From contig OZ244799.1 in NCBI GenBank assembly GCA_965219955.1, positions 3,520,001 through 3,584,000 of the forward strand: a stretch of DNA of 64,000 nucleotides, given 5' to 3'. Made by a program: the position numbers and the translations under genes. The stretch comes from a bacterium (lineage in GTDB: Bacteria > UBA8248). Shown one piece after another: positions 21,725 through 32,418 of this stretch (position 1 is its first letter; each line of letters begins with the position of its first letter). The notes beneath the pieces are model-generated. The model searched no databases, was not told the origin of the DNA, and worked only from the letters and a program-made list of their open reading frames with translations.

Positions 21725-23459
21725 CCCGGATATTTCACCGACAAATGGCATGGGGCCTCTGAATGTCGGATAATGTGAGTTGTCTCAATAACTTACACCC
21801 GTCCGACAGAGAGGCCCCATGGATACGCATTGTACACCGGAACAACTTCACTTTCACCCCCACGGAAGACGCGAGGTCATCGCCCGATTCGACGGCGGAC
21901 GGATCACGTCGGACGCCGGCGGGGTGCTGCTTCGCGAGACGGATCTCCGCCTGGGTCTGATGGCTCGTCTGGCGCGGTGTTTTCGTGATTGCCGCAAGCC
22001 CGGCAGCGTGGAGCACCCGGTGCGCTCGCTGGCGGCGCAGCGGGTGTACGCGCTGGCGCTGGGCTACGAGGACCTGAACGACCACGAGGATTTGCGCCGC
22101 GACAGGTTGCTGGCGCTGCTGGTGGGCAAGCGGGACCTGACGGGAGCCGGGCGGGTTCGCCTTCGGGACCGCGGCTCTCCGCTGGCCGCATCGAGTACGC
22201 TGAACCGCCTGGAGTTGGGCGGCGCCGAGGCGGCGACGGATCGCTACAAGCGCATCGCTGCGGACTTCGAGGCGATGGACCGCCTGCTGGTGGACGTGTT
22301 CATGGAGTCTTACGCCGAACCGCCCGAAGAGATATGGCTGGACCTCGACGCCACGGACGACCCCCTGCACGGTCGCCAGGAGGGGCGCTTCTTCCACGGC
22401 TATTACGGCCGCTACTGTTATCTGCCGCTCTACGTCTTCTGCGGCGCGCATCTGCTGTGCGCGCGGCTGCGCCGCTCGAACGTCGACGCCTCGGCCGGCA
22501 GCGAGGAGGAGTTGGCGCGGATCGTGGCGCAGGTCCGCAGGCGCTGGCCGCGTACGCGGGTCGTGGTTCGCGGCGACTCGGGTTTTTGCCGCGAGCCGTT
22601 GATGCGCTGGTGCGAGGAGAACGGCGTCGGCTACGTGTTCGGCATGGCGCGCAACGCGCGGCTGGTGCGGGCGATTGGCCGGGACCTCTACCGGGCCGAG
22701 GTCGTCTGTCGCCGCACGGGTGAGCCGGCGCGCCGGTATCGCGACTTCCGCTATCGAACGCGCAAGAGCTGGTCCAGAACCCGCCGGGTGGTGGGCAAGG
22801 CGCAATACCTGCCCAGGGGGGCGAACCCGCGGTTCGTGGTCACCAATCTCCGCCCCCGGCGGGCCGGCGCCAGACGCCTCTACGAAGAACTCTACTGCGC
22901 CCGGGGAGAGATGGAGAACCGCATCAAGGAACAGCAACTCGGCCTGTTCGCCGACCGCACCAGCAGCGCCACCATGAGGGCCAATCAGTTGCGGCTCTAC
23001 TTCGCCTCCTTCGCCTACGTCCTGATGCACGGACTCCGGCGCCTGGGGCTGGCGGGCACGACATGCGCCAGGGCCCAGTGCGCAACGATCCGGCTGAAAC
23101 TGCTCAAGATCGGCGCCCGCGTGAGGGTCAGCGTGCGCAAGGTCCGGCTGTCTATCTCCGAGGCCTGGCCCCATGCGGCGCTCTTCGAAAAGGTAGTGAA
23201 CAACCTGCGTACGCACCCGCCCTGGCCGACGGCGGGGGAGAGTGACTGAGCGTAGAATCGGAGCGACATAGGTTGCCGCAGCGGGAAACCTGCGCCTGCG
23301 CGTCGGCCGGCACTCCCCGAAAGCCTTCGAAATCGACGAAAAAGCGCCGCTCGGGCGCCGTGCGTCATCGTATCGCGCCGACGAAGAAGGCCGCCTCCCG
23401 AATCAAGCCGTCCACGACTTCAAATCAGGCCGTTCCAAAGCCTCGGTGAAATATCCGGG
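21725..23459 (+). mobile_element. Complete IS1380-family insertion sequence
   Basis: Perfect 17-bp TIR CCCGGATATTTCACCGA (21725-21741 / 23443-23459); TTAG direct repeat on both sides (21721-21724, 23460-23463). Confidence 0.95.
21819..23249 (+). CDS. IS1380-family DDE transposase
   Basis: [55 protein letters not shown]. Confidence 0.95.
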   Translation: MDTHCTPEQLHFHPHGRREVIARFDGGRITSDAGGVLLRETDLRLGLMARLARCFRDCRKPGSVEHPVRSLAAQRVYALALGYEDLNDHEDLRRDRLLALLVGKRDLTGAGRVRLRDRGSPLAASSTLNRLELGGAEAATDRYKRIAADFEAMDRLLVDVFMESYAEPPEEIWLDLDATDDPLHGRQEGRFFHGYYGRYCYLPLYVFCGAHLLCARLRRSNVDASAGSEEELARIVAQVRRRWPRTRVVVRGDSGFCREPLMRWCEENGVGYVFGMARNARLVRAIGRDLYRAEVVCRRTGEPARRYRDFRYRTRKSWSRTRRVVGKAQYLPRGANPRFVVTNLRPRRAGARRLYEELYCARGEMENRIKEQQLGLFADRTSSATMRANQLRLYFASFAYVLMHGLRRLGLAGTTCARAQCATIRLKLLKIGARVRVSVRKVRLSISEAWPHAALFEKVVNNLRTHPPWPTAGESD

Positions 23460-23562
23460 TTAGAGACAGCCCCGAAATGGAACAGTCTTAACACATCAAA
23501 ACCGCCGAAATTTCTCGGAATACAACCCCTGCCATTCGATTCACACGGTTCCCCCCTCCCAT

Positions 23563-23578
23563 TGTTCCACGTGGAACG
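23563..23578. promoter_or_regulatory. parS site 1
   Basis: TGTTCCACGTGGAACG matches the parS consensus TGTTNCACGTGAAACA family. Confidence 0.85.
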
Positions 23579-23677
23579 CTTTTTGGGTTTTATGGCGAAC
23601 CGGAATTGCGTTTCAATGACGTGGGCCTGTTGAAAACCCCTCGCCAGGTTTTCTCTAAAATCCCGCCCTCCCGTCTC

Positions 23678-23843
23678 CCTCATCCTGAGCAGCGGCCCCT
23701 CGACTTCGCTCGGGACAAGTTCCGCCCCACCTTCTTCATCCTGAGTAGCCGCCGAAGGCGGCGTATCGAAGGATGCCTTCTCGCTCGCGGCGAGGCGCCT
23801 CCCATCCTTCGATACGGCGCTTTCGCGCCTACTCAGGATGAGG
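23678..23843. repeat. Palindromic repeat family B, inside degenerate TGTTGAAAA...TTTTCAACA brackets (23623-23939)
   Basis: Near-identical to 28790-28900 and 17922-18091. Confidence 0.85.
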
Positions 23844-24049
23844 TTTTGTTGTAGCGTACGCCGCGCGATCCGTCATACGTCCGATCTCGAAGCCGATTTT
23901 TTTAACAGCCCCTTGTCAGGGGAGCTTTTCAACAACCCCTGCAATCTGGTGTATTTCCAAACAAGCCTGCAGGGACAGGTCACGACCTTGGACCGTTCAC
24001 AAGAACGGCCCACTACCAAAGAGCACTCCTCCCATCGCTGATTCCCCGT

Positions 24050-24065
24050 TGTTCCACGTGGAACA
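24050..24065. promoter_or_regulatory. parS site 2
   Basis: Perfect palindrome TGTTCCACGTGGAACA upstream of parA. Confidence 0.92.
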
Positions 24066-24093
24066 TTCTCTCCCCCGAATTTGCCGGAAATTT

Positions 24094-24109
24094 TGTTCCA
24101 CGTGAAACA
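24094..24109. promoter_or_regulatory. parS site 3
   Basis: TGTTCCACGTGAAACA. Confidence 0.92.
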
Positions 24110-24186
24110 ATCGGTTGTATTTTCAGGTACGCTGTGAGAATCTTTGCCCATCGCAAGCTTTTTTCACCCGCCCTGAAGCAGAATAT

Positions 24187-25028
<842 letters not shown>

Positions 25029-25032
<4 letters not shown>

Positions 25033-25955
25033 CGACCATGAGAAAGAAAGGACTCGGACGGGGTCTGGACGCCCTCCTGGCCTCCCATGATGCGCAAGAG
25101 CCCGCGCCGTCGGTGCTGGACCCTCCTGGAGGCGCCGCCGAAGACGCGGGAATTCTGATGCGGCTTTCTCCCGCCCGCCTCGCCCCCGGCGTTCACCAGC
25201 CGCGCGTCGATTTCGACGAGGAGGACCTGGCCGAACTGTCTGAATCCGTGAAGCGCCACGGGGTGATCCAGCCCCTTCTGGTTCGGCGCGGCGCGGGCGG
25301 GGGGTATGAGATCGTGGCCGGGGAGCGGCGCTGGCGCGCCGCGCGCCTGGCGGAAGTCGACGAGGTCCCCGCCATCCTGGTCGATGCGGGCGGAGACGAG
25401 GCTCTGGAGCTCGCCATCGTCGAGAACGTGCAGCGCGCGGACCTCAATCCCATGGAAGAGGCGGCCGCGTACGCGAGCATGATGGAGCGCCTGGGCCTCA
25501 CGCAGGAAGAGACAGCCTCCCGCGTGGGCAAGGATCGCTCCACCGTCGCGAACTACGTCCGCCTGCTCAATCTGCCCGTCACGGTTCAGGAGAGCGTCGC
25601 CGCCGGACTCCTCTCCATGGGGCACGCCAGAGCGCTCTTGTCCTTGCGCACGGACGAGGAGATGGCGAGCCACGCCGCCGCCGCCGTCGAGAAGAGGCTC
25701 TCCGTGCGCCAGCTCGAGGCGCGCGTGAGAAAAACGCTTGAGGGGAAGAGCGAGGCGAAGGAAACCTTCCGCCAGCCCGTTCCGCAGAACGGGCCCTCGG
25801 GGCCGCAGGCGCTTTATCTCAGGGAAGCGGCGGAGCGTCTCAGAAGCGCGCTGGGAACGAAAGTCGCGATATCGGGAGACGAGGAGAACGGGAAGATAGA
25901 AATAGAGTATTATACGAGGGAAACGCTCGAGGGGTTGCTGCAGCGGCTTTGTTAG
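25029..25955 (+). CDS. parB: Chromosome partitioning protein ParB/Spo0J
   Basis: GLGRGLDALL, IVAGERRWRAA, ENVQRADLNPMEEA, HTH GKDRSTVANYVRLL. Confidence 0.96.
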
Positions 25956-25994
25956 CTCTGGTATTTCTATCGGGATTCATGCGAGGATCGATGA

Positions 25995-26405
25995 ATGGCG
26001 AAAAACTACGAGAAGAGCATTCGCGCCTTCCTGGGAGAGGGCACCGAGTTCAAGGGCGTCATCACCTTCGAGGGGACCGTGCGCGTCGACGGCGTCCTCG
26101 AGGGAGAGGTCATCACGGATGACACCTTCATCATCGGCACGGCGGCGAAGGTGAAAGCCGACGTCAAGGCCGGCGTCGTCATCGTCATGGGCCGGATGGA
26201 GGGCAAGATAGAGACGAAGGAAAAATGCGAGGTGAGGGTCGGCTCCCACGTGAGCGGCGAGATTTTCACGCCGAGCATATACATCGAAGAGGGCGCCGTG
26301 TTCGAGGGGACCTGCCACATGACGGGCGACGGCAGAGGCTCGATTACGAGCGCCGAGGAAGCGGAGGAGAACTCAGGGGAGGGGGAGGCTCCCGATACGG
26401 ACTGA
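25995..26405 (+). CDS. Bactofilin (polymer-forming cytoskeletal protein)
   Basis: LGEGTEFKGVITFEGTVRVDG..IEEGAVFEGTCHM beta-helical repeats; directly after parB. Confidence 0.9.
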   Translation: MAKNYEKSIRAFLGEGTEFKGVITFEGTVRVDGVLEGEVITDDTFIIGTAAKVKADVKAGVVIVMGRMEGKIETKEKCEVRVGSHVSGEIFTPSIYIEEGAVFEGTCHMTGDGRGSITSAEEAEENSGEGEAPDTD

Positions 26406-26442
26406 AAGCGGGCGCTTCAGGACGACTGGCAAAAGGCGGCTG

Positions 26443-26715
26443 GTGATGGAAAACGGTCGATCGGCTCTGGGCATATTCGCCGGGTTTGTTTTCTGGCTCG
26501 GCATCGCCTACTATTTTTATCAGCGCGATTTTACGGGAGCGCTCTGGTTCGTCGCGGCCTTCGGGCTGATATACGGCGTCTATCGCTTGATCGCCCACCT
26601 TCTGGCCTCGAACCCGAAGCCTCGCCACATGCAGGATGAGGATGTCGACCCGCCGCCCCGCTCGGATCTGCCCGAGTATGATTTCGAGGATGCGAAGCCG
26701 AAAGATTTCGAATGA
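26443..26715 (+). CDS. Small membrane protein (two TM helices, acidic tail)
   Basis: Two hydrophobic segments; co-oriented in the parAB-bactofilin run. Confidence 0.65.
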   Translation: MMENGRSALGIFAGFVFWLGIAYYFYQRDFTGALWFVAAFGLIYGVYRLIAHLLASNPKPRHMQDEDVDPPPRSDLPEYDFEDAKPKDFE

Positions 26716-26767
26716 TGTGGTTCGGGAATCGGATATCTGCATCCGGGTGGATCAAGCAGTGCGGTTC

Positions 26768-26884
26768 GTAGGGGCGGGCCTCCGTGCCCGCCCTGAATTT
26801 TGTCTGGTTCATTCGACGATTACATATTCATGCCGTAGGGACGGATACAGATAAAGCCGGGCGGGCACGGAGGCCCGCCCCTAC
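26768..26884. repeat. GTAG-type REP doublet
   Basis: GTAGGGGCGGGCCTCCGTGCCCGCCC and its exact inverted copy ending CCCCTAC. Confidence 0.9.
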
Positions 26885-26959
26885 GAAATACGCAATGATT
26901 GTCTTTTCGTTTGGAATTGCCCTTGCCCTGTCCGCCCCCGCGCAAAGATTAAGGCCCAA

Positions 26960-27334
26960 ATGTCCCAGTTCGTCATATACGCCCACAGCGGCGAGCCCGA
27001 GCGCATCCACCAGATAGCCACCCTCGCGGCGAGCGCCGCCGCGAACGGGGAAGAGGTGCACGTGATCCTCTTCTTCGGCGCGCTCAAACGGTTCGTGGAC
27101 GACGATTTGGACGCCGCGCTTCCGGCGGGAGAGGGCGTGCGCGGAGCGCATTCGGCGGAAGAACTCATCGAGTCCGCCAGAAGGCTCGGCAAGCTCAGAG
27201 TCTACGCCTGCGCCGCGCAGCCCAAGCTCCTGGGCCTGGCGCCCGAGGAGGTGGCGGACGTCGTGGACGAGATAATCAGCCTCCCTGAGTTCATGCGGAA
27301 AACGAAAGGGGCGGAGACCAAGCTCTTCATCTGA
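26960..27334 (+). CDS. DsrE/DsrF-like peroxiredoxin-family protein
   Basis: LAASAAANGEEVHVILFFGALK, RVYACAA, C-terminal KLFI. Confidence 0.7.
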   Translation: MSQFVIYAHSGEPERIHQIATLAASAAANGEEVHVILFFGALKRFVDDDLDAALPAGEGVRGAHSAEELIESARRLGKLRVYACAAQPKLLGLAPEEVADVVDEIISLPEFMRKTKGAETKLFI

Positions 27335-27463
27335 GCCGGTTTTCCCGCGCCGGTTTTCTTATATCCCTGATAATGTGCTAGACAAGGATGAGCGCGCGGC
27401 GTTTCAGCGCAGCGGCGCACAGGACGTATTGAATTTCTTATTCGATCTCGACAGGAAGGCGAT

Positions 27464-28324
27464 ATGAAATTTCTGACGGCGGCCGCCCAGATAGGCCCCA
27501 GGCTTGGGAATCTCGACGCGAACCGCGAGTTGCTGGCGGATGAGGTAAAAAAGGCCGAGGCGGAAGGCGTCGACCTCCTCGTTTTCCCTGAACTCTCGCT
27601 GACGGGCTATTTCCTGAAGGACATGGTTCCCGAGGTGGCCATCCGGCGCAATACCGCGCCAATGAAGGAAATCGCAGGCTTAAGCAAGAACCTCTCCCTG
27701 GTGGTGGGCTTCGTGGAGGAGTCCGGCAGGCACGGGTTTTTCAATTCCGCGGCCTATTTCGAAAACGGCGAGCTTCTCCACGTGCACCGCAAGGTGTACC
27801 TGCCGACGTACGGTCTCTTCGATGAGAACCGCTACGTGGGCCGGGGAGACAAGGTGCGCGCCTTCGACACCCGCTTCGGCCGCGCGGCCATCCTCATCTG
27901 CGAGGACGCCTGGCACCCGAGCCTGGCGGGGGTCGCTTCGCTCGACGGAGCGGATCTGCTCATCGTTCCCTCGGCGAGCCCCGCGCGCGGCGTCAGCAAG
28001 GCGAACGGCGAGGGCGGCCTCGCGATACAGCGCGTCTGGCAGTCCCTCACGAGAACCTACGCCGCGGCCTACAACCAGCACGTCGTCTTCAGCAACCGGG
28101 TGGGATACGAGGACGGCATCAACTTCTGGGGCGGTTCGGAAATCCTCGCTCCCAGCGGTGAGCCGCTCGCCCAGGCGGAGCGCGCCGACGAGCAGTTGCT
28201 CGTCACGGAAGTCGACACGGCGAACGTGCGGCGCGCGCGCATCGCATCCCCCACGCTCCGGGATGAGGACTTGCACCTCACCCTGCGCGAACTCCGCCGC
28301 ATCCAGCGCTCGCGCGAGGCGTAA
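27464..28324 (+). CDS. Carbon-nitrogen hydrolase (nitrilase superfamily), likely stand-alone glutaminase partner of NadE
   Basis: FPELSLTGY, HRKVYLPTYGLFDENRY, ICEDAWH (E-K-C triad). Confidence 0.88.
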   Translation: MKFLTAAAQIGPRLGNLDANRELLADEVKKAEAEGVDLLVFPELSLTGYFLKDMVPEVAIRRNTAPMKEIAGLSKNLSLVVGFVEESGRHGFFNSAAYFENGELLHVHRKVYLPTYGLFDENRYVGRGDKVRAFDTRFGRAAILICEDAWHPSLAGVASLDGADLLIVPSASPARGVSKANGEGGLAIQRVWQSLTRTYAAAYNQHVVFSNRVGYEDGINFWGGSEILAPSGEPLAQAERADEQLLVTEVDTANVRRARIASPTLRDEDLHLTLRELRRIQRSREA

Positions 28325-28351
28325 AACCCGAGCGAGGAGCGAGGGTTTCCT

Positions 28352-28413
28352 GTAGGGGCGGACCCATGTGTTCGCCCGATTAGAATCGGGAGGACACGCA
28401 GGTCCTCCCCTAC
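28352..28413. repeat. GTAG-type REP doublet
   Basis: GTAGGGGCGGACCC...GGTCCTCCCCTAC. Confidence 0.75.
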
Positions 28414-28500
28414 GGGTGGTCTCGTCCGAGGTCCGGAGCAGATGCGCTTCTCATCCGCCTGGATTCCACAAACCCTTCCTGCTTGAGGGTTGACCACCGC

Positions 28501-28688
28501 CGTCATTCCGGCAATCATTTCCGACCAAGGCGGGAGGGAATGCGGAATCCATTTTTACGCCCTTTGCCTTTCGTCCGGGTTCCCGCGCATCGGCGGGGAA
28601 TGAAACGCCGTCGCGTCTTCACCCGCATCCGCAAATGGATTCCGGGCAATCCCTCCCTCCTTGGTCGGCATTGATTGCCGGAATGACG
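28501..28688. repeat. Palindromic repeat family A variant
   Basis: CGTCATTCCGGCAATCA...TGATTGCCGGAATGACG long inverted arms. Confidence 0.85.
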
Positions 28689-28732
28689 AACAAAACCACA
28701 CCAAAAGAGGGGTTTGCGCCTACGGTTCAAGG

Positions 28733-28760
28733 GTAGGGGCGGTTCGCGAACCGCCCCTAC
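28733..28760. repeat. GTAG-type REP (perfect palindrome)
   Basis: GTAGGGGCGGTTCGCGAACCGCCCCTAC. Confidence 0.85.
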
Positions 28761-28761
28761 G

Positions 28762-28987
28762 GGGTCTGTTGAAAAAGTCCTCACATCTTCCTCATCCTGA
28801 GTAGCCGCCGAAGGCGGCGTATCGAAGGATGCCTTCTTGCACGACGGGAGACGCCTCCCATCCTTCGATACGGCGCTGGCGCGCCTACTCAGGATGAGGT
28901 TTTGTGGCCGCCTGCGCGGTAGGAAGGAGTATCGCCGAGTAATCCCCAATACCGCCTGCTCCAGAGTCAGGCTTTTTCAACAACCCC
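28762..28987. mobile_element. MITE-like element carrying a family B repeat pair
   Basis: Ends GGGTCTGTTGAAAAA / TTTTTCAACAACCCC; CTACG duplicated at 28757-28761 and 28988-28992. Confidence 0.7.
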
Positions 28988-29049
28988 CTACGGGAACATT
29001 GCGGATCGGGATGAAAGGACGACCAGACCCTCCCTGGCCGTTTTCGCCT

Positions 29050-29077
29050 GTAGGGACAGGTCGCGACCTGTCCCTAC
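29050..29077. repeat. GTAG-type REP (perfect palindrome)
   Basis: GTAGGGACAGGTCGCGACCTGTCCCTAC. Confidence 0.85.
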
Positions 29078-29132
29078 GAAACCGATTTCCCTCCCCGGTT
29101 GGGAAACCCTTCATCTCCTCTCGGCACTGATC

Positions 29133-29912
29133 TCACGCGTCGCGCCATTCGGTCCTGGAGGGCAGTGCGCCGCCCCGGAAGTTGAACAGTACGGCGGGGG
29201 CGTCGCTCGCGTTGTGAACGGTGTGCCAGGCCCCGCCGGGGGTGTGCACCAGATCGCCTTGTGTAGCTTCTATCGTCTCATCCTCGATGATGAAGTTCAT
29301 GCGTCCTTCCAGCACGAGCGTCGCCTCGTCCATCGCGTTCAGGTGCCTGTGGACGTGCGGCTTCCCGCCCGGAGGGAACGAGACGATCTGGCATTCGAGG
29401 TATTCGGTGGCGATGGCGCGCGAGAGACCTTTCTCTTTGACGGAGCCTGCGTCGAACGGCCCCGTAAGCGAATCGACGTCGCCCCTGATGTAGGGAACGG
29501 GAGGCGCAAGGGGGTTTCGCACCGATTCCGGATCGGGACTGGGGGGCGGGTCGCCTTCCGGCAAAAGGAAGCCCGAGGGCATTTTGCCGCCCCTGAAGTT
29601 GAACTCTATCAGTTCGTCTTCGCCTGTGTTCTTCATGTTGTGCATCGAACCGCGCGGGTTCAGGAGAACGTCGCCCTTCGCGACTTCGAAGGTCTGCCCG
29701 TTGTTGAGGATGAGTCCGCGCCCGTTGTAGATGAGGTAGCCCTCGTCCATCTCCTCGTGATGCGCGTGATAGGGGGGATAGGCGCCCGGCGGAAGGACGA
29801 TGACGCGCACTTCCAGGTTCGGCGTGTCGATGAGGATGGGCGAGCCTTTGCGCATCGCCTCCTCCTGGTCGTAGACCCATTTCAAGTCTTCGATGTTTCC
29901 CACGTATGGCAT
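29133..29912 (-). CDS. Bicupin protein (two cupin domains)
   Basis: Duplicated motifs HAHHEEMDE..PRGSMHN..FNFRGG and HRHLNAMDE..PGGAWHT..FNFRGG. Confidence 0.88.
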   Translation of the reverse strand: MPYVGNIEDLKWVYDQEEAMRKGSPILIDTPNLEVRVIVLPPGAYPPYHAHHEEMDEGYLIYNGRGLILNNGQTFEVAKGDVLLNPRGSMHNMKNTGEDELIEFNFRGGKMPSGFLLPEGDPPPSPDPESVRNPLAPPVPYIRGDVDSLTGPFDAGSVKEKGLSRAIATEYLECQIVSFPPGGKPHVHRHLNAMDEATLVLEGRMNFIIEDETIEATQGDLVHTPGGAWHTVHNASDAPAVLFNFRGGALPSRTEWRDA

Positions 29913-30103
29913 AAGGACTCCATGGAATCGGTGGATGGATGAGAGAAAGGTATCCCCAGGCCTCGGGCGCAGTCAATGGTTCTGGCCGTTGCGCGACTGC
30001 GGACATTGCCTTTGAAGAACTTTGCCGACCGACGAGAGAGAAGAAAGCCATTCCCCCTTGAGGACTGCTGAAAAAGGCACCCTTGGTCGGAATTGACCAC
30101 CGC

Positions 30104-30311
30104 CGTCATTCCGGCGGAAGCCGGAATCCATTTTGACTTTTTATCGGGCGGGGCGGCCACGATTTGTTGTTGGCCGGCGTCCGGATGCGGAATCCGGAGA
30201 ATTCGCCTTTCGTGTTCGATTCCGCTCTTCCCCGTCCGAGAGTAGAGACGTCCGAGCGAGGAGGCGAAAAGGCAAAGGCGAAAATGGATTCCAGCTTTCG
30301 CCGGAACGACG
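30104..30311. repeat. Palindromic repeat family A, inside degenerate TG.TGAAAAA...TTTTTGAACA brackets (30061-30377)
   Basis: ~200 bp collinear with the 37805-38018 copy, including flank. Confidence 0.88.
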
Positions 30312-30507
30312 GCCAAAACCCGAAATCGGGCGGAGGCGCAAGCGTCACTACCTCCTCGGGGGTTTTTGAACAGCCCCGTGAGCGGTGGATGGGGAAAGGG
30401 CATCCCCCCGCCTCGCGGGCGGCCAATGGCTCCCGGCCGTTGCGCGGCGGGCGGGCGGGAGGCATGATAGGGGCGGAACTTCATGAAACCCTCCTCGAAT
30501 TGGAGAC

Positions 30508-31365
30508 TTGGCCTTGCTGGACGAAGGACTCATCGAAGGCGCGATGGCGGAACTCGAACTCGACGGCGAACTCGCCGCCGGCCTGCTGGCGGGCTTCATT
30601 CGCGATGAGGTCTCGAAAGTCGGCGTCAGGAAACTCGTCCTTGGCCTTTCGGGCGGGATCGACAGCGCGCTCTCCGCTTTCCTGGCCGCGCGCGCCATGG
30701 GGCCCGAGAACGTGACGGGCGTCATCATGCCCTACCGCCTCTCGAATCCCCAGAGCGAGGCGGACGCGCGCGCCGTGGCCGAGAAGAGCAACATCCAAAT
30801 CCGCGTGGTGGACATCTCCCCCCAGGTGGACGCGTATTACGAGCGCTTCCCGGACGCGGACAACCTCCGCCGGGGCAACAAGATGGCGCGCGAGCGGATG
30901 ACGATTCTCTATGATCACTCGGCCTTCCTCGGCGCGCTGGTGGTGGGCACGAGCAACAAGACGGAACTCCTGCTCGGCTACGGGACGCTCTTCGGCGACA
31001 TGGCGAGCGCGGTGAACCCCATCGGCGACCTGTTCAAGACGCAGGTGCGCCAGCTCTCGCGCCACGTCGGCGTGCCCGCGCAGGTGGTGGAGAAGGCCCC
31101 GAGCGCGGACTTGTGGGTGGGCCAGACCGACGAGCAGGAACTCGGCTACACCTACGAGGTGGCCGACGCCGTCCTCTACCGGATGATCGACTGCCGCTAC
31201 ACGCGCGAGGAGCTGCTCGGCGAGGGCTTCCCGCCCGAGCTCGTGGACGGCATCCAGCGGCTGGTGCAGCGCAGCCAGTACAAGCGGCGCCTGCCGCTCA
31301 TCGCCAAGCTCAGCCAGCGGACGATAGACCGAGACTTCCGCTACGCCCGCGACTGGGGGCTGTAA
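30508..31365 (+). CDS. nadE: NAD+ synthetase (single-domain NadE)
   Basis: [33 protein letters not shown]; start uncertain (TTG 30508 or ATG 30544). Confidence 0.94.
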   Translation: MALLDEGLIEGAMAELELDGELAAGLLAGFIRDEVSKVGVRKLVLGLSGGIDSALSAFLAARAMGPENVTGVIMPYRLSNPQSEADARAVAEKSNIQIRVVDISPQVDAYYERFPDADNLRRGNKMARERMTILYDHSAFLGALVVGTSNKTELLLGYGTLFGDMASAVNPIGDLFKTQVRQLSRHVGVPAQVVEKAPSADLWVGQTDEQELGYTYEVADAVLYRMIDCRYTREELLGEGFPPELVDGIQRLVQRSQYKRRLPLIAKLSQRTIDRDFRYARDWGL

Positions 31366-31504
31366 GTCCGACGACGCTTGAAGTCTTTTCTCACCTGTGG
31401 CAGTATAATCACCCGAACGTCGATTACTCCTGCTTTATCTCAAACATGCGGCTCAAGACGCGTGGTTTTTTTGAACTCTAGGACTGCAACGACAGGGGGG
31501 CGAA

Positions 31505-31963
31505 ATGGCAGCGCTAAAAGAAGGAGCGAAAGCCCCCGCCTTCGCCTTGAGGGATGAGAACGGCAAGGTGCACCGGCTCTCGAAATACAAGGGCCAGAAG
31601 GTCGTGCTGTACTTCTACCCGAAGGACAACACGCCCGGATGCACGGCGGAGGCGCGGGACTTCAACAAGCAACTGCAGAAGATACACAAGAAGAACGCGA
31701 CCGTAATCGGCGTCAGCCCGGACAACGAGGTCAGCCACAAGAAGTTCTCCGAGCAACTGGAGCTCGACTTCACCCTGCTGGCGGACCCCGACGGACTCAT
31801 CTCGTCCAAATACGGGGCGTACGGCGAGAAGACGCTGTTCGGCGAGAAGTTCAACGGCATCTTCCGAACCACCTACATCATCGACGAGACGGGCGTCATT
31901 GAGAAGGTGTTCAAGGACGTCAAGGTGGCCGGCCATACGAAGGACGTGCTGAAAGCCCTTTAG
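31505..31963 (+). CDS. bcp: Bacterioferritin comigratory protein (BCP/PrxQ peroxiredoxin, 1-Cys)
   Basis: YFYPKDNTPGCTAEARDF, GVSPD, RTTYIID. Confidence 0.93.
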   Translation: MAALKEGAKAPAFALRDENGKVHRLSKYKGQKVVLYFYPKDNTPGCTAEARDFNKQLQKIHKKNATVIGVSPDNEVSHKKFSEQLELDFTLLADPDGLISSKYGAYGEKTLFGEKFNGIFRTTYIIDETGVIEKVFKDVKVAGHTKDVLKAL

Positions 31964-31982
31964 ACGAGCTTTTCAAATCCTT

Positions 31983-32022
31983 ATCGCCTCGCTCCTCCGG
32001 GGAGCGGGGCGATTTTTTTTTT
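31983..32022 (+). terminator. Rho-independent terminator after bcp
   Basis: ATCGCCTCGCTCC/GGAGCGGGGCGAT stem followed by a T run. Confidence 0.8.
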
Positions 32023-32418
32023 GGGGGACCTAAAATCACGGGTCTAATTTTATTCTGCAAATGATCAAGCCGCTTGTTGCCACCAGCATTTTCAACCCCA
32101 AAACCATAATACATATTATTAAATCAGATTTTTCAAGCCGTTCCCGGCAATGGTAAAACCCATTTATCTTGTTGATATTAAACGAGATATCTATTTTTGA
32201 TGAAATTCGACTTCCCCGATCCGTGATCAAGCCGAAAGCAGGTTCGTTGCAACGCCTGCGTATCCCGGGGGGTTCCTGTCGATCGCCGATGGGGTGGACG
32301 CGCTCGCCCGGCGACTTCACATCCGGGCGAGGCGACGTCGTTTACGTCGTCGGCGCATGGTCCACACTCCTACAACACCGCTACCCAACGGATCCGGCAT
32401 GGAATCGTTCGGCGGCGG

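Noticed and set aside
21735-23216. 493-aa minus-strand ORF in the IS
   Set aside because: Antisense to the IS1380 transposase; no independent evidence
28330-29100. Repeat cluster as a possible CRISPR array
   Set aside because: Repeats are inverted, heterogeneous and irregularly spaced; no constant direct repeat, no cas genes
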